Shown here piece after piece: positions 52,311 through 60,000 of a stretch of 60,000 nt of DNA. How positions within the stretch are numbered: the stretch's first letter is position 1; every line of letters begins with the position of its first letter. The notes under the pieces were generated by a model, which did no database searches, had not been told where the DNA came from, and saw only the letters and a list, made by a program, of their open reading frames with translations. Made by a program: the position numbers and the translations under genes. This DNA is from Callorhinchus milii (Eukaryota): contig NW_024704743.1 of the NCBI RefSeq assembly GCF_018977255.1, forward strand, positions 104,968,001-105,028,000, written 5' to 3'.

Positions 52311-53924
52311 TCTGTTTTAAACAATCAACAGCCGAAGTGCATACCTAACCAGCAATCTCTGAAGTCCATGGAAACTGAGCAGCATGCTGATCTCTGGATT
52401 CTAGTTGTTCAGTGACATTTTACATTTACAATGTATCTCTAGTAATGGAATTTTAATTTCAATGGTGAAAACCATAAGATGCTAAATTTTCCTTTCATGT
52501 TCAAGGAAGTTCTCTGGTGTATTTCTTAGCTTTACTCACTGATCAGGGTGAGTGTATAATTGCAGGTCCCTTCACTGTTTCCTTCCTCTGTGCATGTCTG
52601 TGTGTGAGATTAACTTCTTCAGTCCTCTTGAATTGTTTATGTGGGTTAAGTTTACAACCAAGCTTTGTAGATCATTTTCTCATAGGTTAAACACACCATG
52701 AAAACGTGCTTGGCCCAACAACAGAAAACTCTGCAGTGGGTCAAGATGGACGCACATAGCTTTATTAATGTACCAAGAGAAACAGCGAAGGAAAGTGTGA
52801 CTGTTTTTCCCACAAGAAATCAGAGAAGTAAGAGTTGAAGACCTGCACATTTGTGTCTACATTTGCATTTTGCACATGTGTGTTTTCACCCATGTGTAAA
52901 AACTGGCCACACATTGCCCACCAGAGTAAAATCACACATGGAATGTTTTACATTGGGAGAGAGGAGAAAAACAGCTTTGGGACAAACATTAAATGTATGA
53001 AGCATACTAGAGATTACAATATCCAGATGATAAATGGCATGATTGAACAGAGAAATAATTAACTCTTTCATATGCTGGTCTGTGCTGATATTTAAAATTA
53101 TATTCTGGCTACTGAACCTACTAGTCCATTGATCGTCCTTATTAAAACACATGTTCCTACTCTCTCCTCAATTCAGTAGCTGCTTTTAATTTGGTTGCCA
53201 AATTATTGAATTATTACTTGCATACTGTCAATTTATTCTTATTTAATTCTGCTCTTATCAGTAATAAATGTAGAAAAAGCGAACGCTGACAATAACATCT
53301 GGTGAAATTATAGTCAGCATTATGGCCAAACGTAGGTTAGCATCATTTAAGGGACTTATTATTCCTTGTAATCATTCAACAAACTATCTGTCATTTTCTC
53401 AGTACCTTATACATGCAAGAAAAGAATGATAAATATTATGAAGAGGCAATGTAGTCAGCTCCATTGCAAATTGTGTCCTAATCTGTCAAAATGTGGTGGC
53501 TTTCTAACAAATAATGTATCACAAATGCAGATTAGACAGACTAACAAACATTCTTCAGTACTTACAGTGATGGATGGATAATAAACCTAAATTATAATCT
53601 GTATACCACTAGTTACTATGTATAGACTACTTAGACAATATGCCAGGCCCAAACCTGATGTCAACTGGTTTGTTCCATCTACTTATTTTCAAAACAATTT
53701 CCGAACACAGTTTATGCCTCATTATTCCAGTACATCATCCCATCTGGAAGAGAAATCAATTGGATTTAGCTGAGCAACATTTAACCCAGCTGTGATTATA
53801 CTAAACTGCATGTTTGGTGATGAATCACCTTTATTTTGGCAGTGATCTGCCTTCAACAAGCAACACAAATGGATATCCAGAGAGTGTGAATATTGATGGA
53901 GCTTCGTTGTTCTAACTTCCCCAA

Positions 53925-54585
53925 CATCAACAACAAAATTACATTTATAGAGCGCCTTTCACGTCGGGAGGACGTCCCCAAAGCGCTGTACAGTCAGGTG
54001 TTGGGGCCCGAACATGGGAGAGGGGTGGTGTAGGAGTGAGAGAAGGCAGAGAGGTGGGAGACCAAAGGCACGGTCAAAGAGAAAGGTCTTGAGACCGGCC
54101 TTGAAGGAGGCAAGGGAGGAAGCGAGGTGAAGGGACCGTGGAATGGAGTTCCAGAGTGTGGAGGCAGAGAGGCTGAAAGCCCGGCCACCGATGGTAGGGT
54201 GGGTCGGGCAGGAGACATGGGGCAGGCCGGAGCCTGCTGAATGGAGGGAGCGGGCAGGTTGGTAGGGAGTCAGCAGGTCAGAGAGGTAGGAGGGAGCAAG
54301 GCCATGGATGGCCTTAAAGGTGAGGATGAGAATCTTGAACTCGATCCGCTGGGGGATGGGGAGTCAGTAGAGTCAGGTGAGGGTGGGAGTGATGGGGTCG
54401 CGGAGCCTGGTGCTCAAGAGTACACAAGCTGCAGAGTTTTGGATGGTCTGTAGCTTGTGAAGGGAAGAGTTGGGAAGGCCGATGAGGAGGGAGTTCCCGT
54501 AGTCGAGCCTTGATCTGACGAATGCGTTGGTGAGGGTTTCGGCAGCCTGAGGCGTGAGGCAGTGGCGGAGTCTGGCAATGTTTCG
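53925..54585 (-). mobile_element. L2 3' fragment
   Basis: [18 protein letters not shown]...[10 protein letters not shown], with L2 tail. Confidence 0.87.
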
Positions 54586-55237
54586 GAGCAAGAGTTGGTT
54601 TCAGGAGCAAAGCTGTTTGCACACACATCACATAAACAGCCATGAAGTCCATGCATTGCAGTGAATGGGGACCCAGTGAAACTTCATTATACTTATGTTA
54701 TAATGTAGCATGCTATGATGGGGTGCACTGTGTATGTACATAATATAAATAATGATCAGTAAATGTTCATTGTCTGGCTGCACAATAAATCTGATTACAT
54801 TTTCCTCTACATGTTAATTTATCAGTCTATTTCTCCATTGTTCCATCATTCAGGTAGTTTTTGCTCAAACGTAATTGAGGCCATTATTACTTTGGAGGGA
54901 AACTTATAACATTTCATTTCAGATTTGATGTAAATTCTTTTAAAAGCATGAACAGAGCCAGCAGAGCATTTTAGAGGGGGCGCTTAGAATTAAAAGCAAT
55001 CAATAATTAAGGCTTAATTCTATCAATAAAATTTAAATTTCATATAAATGTGCATATTTGTTCCTGTTTCTATATAAACTAGAAACTCAAGATATCAGAT
55101 TCAGACAGCAACACGATCCAAATGTTGGAATCTGGGCTTTTGGGGTGACTGCAATCCACAATGCAACTTGGTTATCAATCAATAACTCTGATTATGTCAA
55201 TTGTCAGCATCAGATACAAGATCTGCAGCATCCTTAC

Positions 55238-55268
55238 CTCAGCTCCTGTATCCCAGGCTCCACTGCAA
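55238..55268 (-). CDS. ST18: ST18 31-nt coding exon, (V)AVEPGIQEL(S)
   Basis: Acceptor ttccctctgttgacag, donor AG|gtaagg. Peptide resembles the MYT1-family N-terminal VP(V/M)E..IQEL segment. Phase 1-2 fits the next exon. Confidence 0.85.
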
Positions 55269-55829
55269 CTGTCAACAGAGGGAACAGCAGAATAAAATAG
55301 GTAAGTTTACACTTTCATTACAAGAGCTCAAGCTGTGCAGGCAAAATAGTGTAAAAATCACAGGTGATCTTAGTTCACAGCAATTCCAATTCAAGAGTAA
55401 TTACAATGCCAATTCAAGAGTAATTTCAAGAGTAAAAACTCGATTTACACTGAAATTTGTACAGTGGATCCAGCTTTCCTCTCGATCAGTGCTGTGTCCT
55501 GATTCTGATGACATGAAGCCTGAACCCTACACATTCCACCATGTACATGTGGAAAAGAACCATTCACCCTGCCAGTGCAGCACAGCACTAGTCCATGTGC
55601 TCATCAGGTACTATAACACTATTTGGAAAGTAAAGGGAATTTCTTCTGACGTCCCAGTTAGCAATCAGCCAAATAAATTGGTAATTCATCGCATGCCTTG
55701 TGGGATCTTTCTGTGTGCAAATGACTGCTGTGCTTCCCTATATAAATAGTCACTACAATGGCTTGTATTCACATCTACCTCACTAATATTAACCTCAGGA
55801 GGAATTATCAAATTCTGTTCCATGTTTCA

Positions 55830-56178
55830 GTACAACAACAACGACTTGCATTTACATAGCAACCTTGACACAGGATTATATCTCAGAGCTGCACAATGGT
55901 GCGGTTGGACGCTGAGCAAGGGAGATGGTGGAGGAGTGATGACATAAAGATAAAGAGAGGGCGATGCAGAGCGATTGAGGCAGAGAGTTCCAAAGATTAG
56001 GTGTTCAGTGATTGAAGACACAGCTACTGGTGGAGGTTTGGAGGAGGTTGGGGGGTGAAGGACATGCCAGATAAGTGAAGGGGACAGGCAGAGGAGTGGA
56101 GTACAAGCAGGTAAGAGAGGTAAGGAGGAGCTAGGCGTGAAGGATTTACATGTGAGGGTGAGCATCTTCAAATCAATC
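55830..56178 (-). mobile_element. Old L2 3' fragment abutting the young L2
   Basis: Degenerate tail (acaacaacaacgacttgcatttac) and IDLKMLTLT remnant. Confidence 0.6.
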
Positions 56179-56183
56179 AGTAA

Positions 56184-58567
56184 ACAACAACAACAACAAC
56201 AACAACAAGATTCCATTTATAGAGCGCCTTTCACGTCAGGAGGACGTCCCAAGGCGCTGCACAGTTGGGTCATGACCCGAGCAGGGGGGAAATGGTCAGG
56301 GTGAGGGGAGGGAAGGGAGGGAGAGAGGAGGGGGGAAATGGTCAGGGTGAGGGGAGGGAAGGGAGGGAGCGAGGAGGGGGAAGAGAGTCGAGAGGGGAGC
56401 TGAAGGCACGGTCAAAGAGAAAGGTTTTGAGACCGGCCTTGAAGGAGGAAAGGGAGGAAGCAAGGCGAAGGCACTGGGGGATGGAGTTCCAGAGCCTGGG
56501 GGCTGAGAGGCTGAAGGCCCGACCACCGATAGTAGGGCGGTTGGGGCGGGGGACGTGGAGCAGACCGGAGCCAGAGGAACGGAGGGTACGGGCAGGTAGG
56601 TAGGGGGATAGTAGGTTGGAGAGGTAGGAGGGAGCAAGGCCGTGAATGGCCTTGTAGGTGAGGATGAGGATCTTGAAATCAATCCTCTGGGGGATGGGGA
56701 GCCAGTGGAGGCGAGCGAGGGTGGGAGTGATGTGGTCCCGAAGCCTGGTGCGGGACAGTACACGAGCTGCAGAGTTCTGAATGACCTGCAGCTTGTGGAG
56801 GGAGGTGGCGGGAAGGCCGGCGAGGAGAGAGTTCCCATAGTCCAGCCTTGAGGTGACAAAGGCGTGAACCAGGGTTTCAGCAGCGTGAGGGGTGAGGTAG
56901 TGCCGTAATCTGGCGATATTCCGGAGGTGATGGAAGGCGGTGCCAGTTGTGGTGCGGATGTGAGGGAGAAAGGACAGCTCAGGGTCGAACAAAACGCCGA
57001 GGTTCCTGACTGGCTTTGAGAGGTGGAGAGTGCAGCCTTGGATGCTGATGGTGTCAGCGCCTGAGGTGCGGAGGCGCTGACGTGAGCCAATCAGGAGGGC
57101 CTCGGTTTTTCGCACGTTGAGCTGAAGAAAGTTGTCTCTCGTCCAGGACTCGATGTCGGACAGGCAGGCTGTCAGGACATCGGTGGTCGTGGAGTTGAGA
57201 GTAGAGGAGGAAAGGTAGAGTTGGGTGTCATCCGCATACATGTGGAAGTTAACCCCATGTTTGCGGATGATGTCACCAAGGGGGAGCATATAGAGGGTGA
57301 AGAGGAGGGGACCGAGGACAGAGCCCTGAGGGACACCACATGAGACAGTACGGGGGGTGGAGGAGAAGCCATTCGTTGAGACGAAGTGAAGACGGTGGGA
57401 AAGGTAAGAGCTAAACCATTCAAGGACAGTGCCTTGAAGGTTGAGGTGGGAGGACAAGCGGTGGAGTAGGATAGCGTGGTCGACCGTATCGAATGCTGCC
57501 GATAGGTCGAGGAGGACGAGGAGACAGAGGGAGCCCTGGTCACAGATGGTCAGGATATCATTGGTGACCTTGACCAGGGCAGTTTCTGTGCTATGAGCAG
57601 CACGGAAACCTGACTGAAGGGGTTCAAAAAGAGAATGGGTGGAGAGGAAAGAGCGCAGTTGGGAGGCGACAACTCTTTCCAAGACCTTGGAGAGAAAGGG
57701 GAGGTTGGAGATGGGCCGGTAGCTTGATAGCTGCGACGCATCAAGGGAGGGTTTTTTCAGGGTGGGCGTGATGATGGCAGTTTTTAATGGAATGGGGACA
57801 GAGCCAGAGGAGAGGGACAGGTTTATGATGTCAGTGATGTGTGGGGCAAGAAAATGGAGCTGGGAGATAAGGAGTGGAGTGGGGATGGGGTCAAGGGAGC
57901 AGGTGGTTGGTTTTAGGGATAGGATGAGTTCAGTGACAGAGGGTGGGGAAACGGGTACGAAGGTGTGTAGGGGAGGATGGGTAGGAGTCGGAGTGTGGGA
58001 GGGAAGGGGTGGGTGGTGGGTGGAAGTTGGAGGGGAAGTGACCGCGGAGCGGATTCCCTTGATCTTGGATTCAAGGAAATCCAGCATCTCCTCGCAGTGA
58101 AGGTTGGAGGAGATGACCTGCGCGGGGTGGCGGGGGGGACGGAGGAGTCGGGATGTGGTGGAAAACAGTAGCCTGGGGTTGTTCTTCGCCTCCAGGATTA
58201 TCCTGGAGTAGAAGGACGACTTGGCCGAGGCTAGAGTGGAGCGGTAAATTTTGAGGAGGTCCAGCCAGATTTGTCGGTGGACCGTTAGGCCAGATTTGAC
58301 AAAGGTGCGCTCAGCAGCCCGCACCTGGCATTTCAGTGAGCGGAGGTGGGTGGTGTACCAGGGGGAGGAGCGGGAGTAGGAGACAGTGCGGGAAGTGATG
58401 GGGGCAAGAGTATCGAGTGTGGAGGAGAGGATATTGTGGAGGAGGGAGAGAGGAGAAGAGGGGTCGGTGAGGGTTGAAGGCCAGAGGGAGAGGAGTTCAG
58501 AGGACTCCAAGGCATCGGTTAGGGATTGTGGGGGTAACTTCTTCCAAGGGCGGTAGAAGATGGTGGT
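56184..58567 (-). mobile_element. Young 5'-truncated L2-clade LINE
   Basis: Uninterrupted ORF2 remnant, pyrimidine-rich 3' UTR, stem-loop tail and (TTG)n terminus. The endonuclease domain is absent. Confidence 0.93.
56342..58567 (-). CDS. L2 ORF2 fragment, reverse transcriptase (no true start codon)
   Basis: [59 protein letters not shown] motifs. The frame stays open up to the truncation point. Confidence 0.9.
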   Translation of the reverse strand, partial: TTIFYRPWKKLPPQSLTDALESSELLSLWPSTLTDPSSPLSLLHNILSSTLDTLAPITSRTVSYSRSSPWYTTHLRSLKCQVRAAERTFVKSGLTVHRQIWLDLLKIYRSTLASAKSSFYSRIILEAKNNPRLLFSTTSRLLRPPRHPAQVISSNLHCEEMLDFLESKIKGIRSAVTSPPTSTHHPPLPSHTPTPTHPPLHTFVPVSPPSVTELILSLKPTTCSLDPIPTPLLISQLHFLAPHITDIINLSLSSGSVPIPLKTAIITPTLKKPSLDASQLSSYRPISNLPFLSKVLERVVASQLRSFLSTHSLFEPLQSGFRAAHSTETALVKVTNDILTICDQGSLCLLVLLDLSAAFDTVDHAILLHRLSSHLNLQGTVLEWFSSYLSHRLHFVSTNGFSSTPRTVSCGVPQGSVLGPLLFTLYMLPLGDIIRKHGVNFHMYADDTQLYLSSSTLNSTTTDVLTACLSDIESWTRDNFLQLNVRKTEALLIGSRQRLRTSGADTISIQGCTLHLSKPVRNLGVLFDPELSFLPHIRTTTGTAFHHLRNIARLRHYLTPHAAETLVHAFVTSRLDYGNSLLAGLPATSLHKLQVIQNSAARVLSRTRLRDHITPTLARLHWLPIPQRIDFKILILTYKAIHGLAPSYLSNLLSPYLPARTLRSSGSGLLHVPRPNRPTIGGRAFSLSAPRLWNSIPQCLRLASSLSSFKAGLKTFLFDRAFSSPLDSLPPPRSLPSLPSP

Positions 58568-60000
58568 AAAGAACAGTAAAGAACAGTTTCAGCACAGTCC
58601 TAGCGCAGCAACAATCTTTCCATTTCTTATTTGTTTTCCACAGGTTTATGCAATGCCATGTAATCAGCCATTCCATTTATTTCAATATACAAATAATTAA
58701 AAATTACTTTACAAGTTTATTTTTCTCTTCTCACTGATTCAATTGTGGAATGCAGCAATTATGTAAAGGTACTTTACATCTCTATTGAATGCAGTTTTTA
58801 AATCACTGTACAATTTAATAGTGGGTGAAAAAAGAGGAATTTCAATCAACCTTCCCAAAATAGAATCTGTAACTCAATTATTTGAAGATTTCATAATCTC
58901 TTGCACAATTTTCCACGCTGCAATGGGATTTAGCATTAAATAGTTGTGGAAGAGACAGGAGGGTAAAATGTATTGATTTTACAGTGCATGAATGGCACAA
59001 CATACCATTCAAAATATTTTACGTGTTAAACTCAAAGGAAAACCTTGGTACCACTCGATTATTTCACAATGGCCACATATGATTTTTTAAGATTTTCGCT
59101 CACATTGAGGTCTAAAGCAGAAAGGTTTCAAACAGGATTTCTCAATAACGATTCATGTCATAGATTGGAATGGACTCTGTTGTACCTAGCTCCAGTCATT
59201 AGTTACTCTGTGGGTAAAGAAACATCACCTGATGACTGTGCTGAAATTGCCCTTTACAACTCTACACCTGTGTGTCTTCTTGTTTTACTGTCTTGATGCA
59301 TCCTAAAGTATTGTTCTTAGTTTTCTTTTTAAATGATATTTAAAATGTCATATATCTCTGAGTCGTTTTCACTCAAGACTGAAGAGCTCTAACTTGTCTA
59401 ATCATTAAGACAGAGTTGAGAGTCTGAAAAACGTTTGTCACAGTGTGAATCAGAGGACACCCCACCACTAAACATGAATTAACTCAGTATTCACATACAA
59501 CAGCCATTGTAATAATATTATTATAATATTTATAAATGATTATAATTTATGATAAATGTTAAAATAAATTATTTTATTATTGTAATTTTTCACTACTAGG
59601 CAGACAGAAACGATCTACCACGACAAAACAAATGTCAAATCTACATTCCACCACTCAATGGCAATAAATTAATGAATTAGACATATACCCCAATACAACA
59701 AAAGTCATACAACCACAAGGTAACAACAACCAGATGGATACTCTATCACGACACAGCAGGGTTCAAACACAAACGTCACAAGATATTTCCAAACTGAAGG
59801 CTGTTAACCCTGCAAGTCAAAGCTCTCACCTGACTTAACAAGCAGTGGGAAACATACAGTTGTTCGCAATGGCAAGTTTTAGCTCGTTAAACTCCAGCAG
59901 GATCCCTAAAACCCGGCCTTAGCTGACCAAAAAACCCTTAAATTCTCAGTTAAGGACAAGTGAAACAAGTGCCCTCTGTATATGAGTGGGTGTCCATTTG

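Noticed and set aside
53566..53586. Possible 21-nt microexon with gtaagt donor
   Set aside because: Poor polypyrimidine tract and no similarity to family proteins.
55201..55749. 182-aa plus-strand ORF antisense to the 31-nt exon
   Set aside because: Non-ATG start, no recognisable domain, consistent with chance.
59940..60000. Minus-strand ATGGACACC as a possible ST18 start exon
   Set aside because: The translation MDTHSYTEG lacks the expected RTRSKG motif and no suitable donor follows. The start exon is probably outside the window.

Overview
Eukaryotic vertebrate genomic DNA. The repeat content (L2, CR1, Deu-type and tRNA-derived SINEs, Penelope-like elements) suggests a cartilaginous fish, but this is an inference. 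The window holds almost all of one minus-strand gene, ST18 (MYT1/NZF family, CCHHC zinc-finger transcription factor). I traced 19 coding exons by hand from 55268 to the TGA at 6360-6362. All have GT-AG junctions and mutually consistent phases, and together they give about 1040 codons, six CCHHC fingers in a 2+4 arrangement and a C-terminal coiled coil. The ATG exon was not found and is probably beyond the right edge. A roughly 4 kb 3' UTR probably ends near an AATAAA at 2376-2381. The introns are full of mobile elements: a young 5'-truncated L2 LINE with an uninterrupted RT ORF, a near-identical inverted partial copy of it, a young tRNA-Ala-headed SINE family sharing the L2 3' tail, CR1 fragments, Penelope-like remnants carrying hammerhead-ribozyme motifs, and MITEs. 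The best leads are a candidate 63-nt stop-containing (poison) exon just before the four-finger cluster, intronic hammerhead motifs, inverted repeat pairs bracketing exons, and an L2 inserted at the centre of an ~80-bp palindrome. I found no clearly new coding system.
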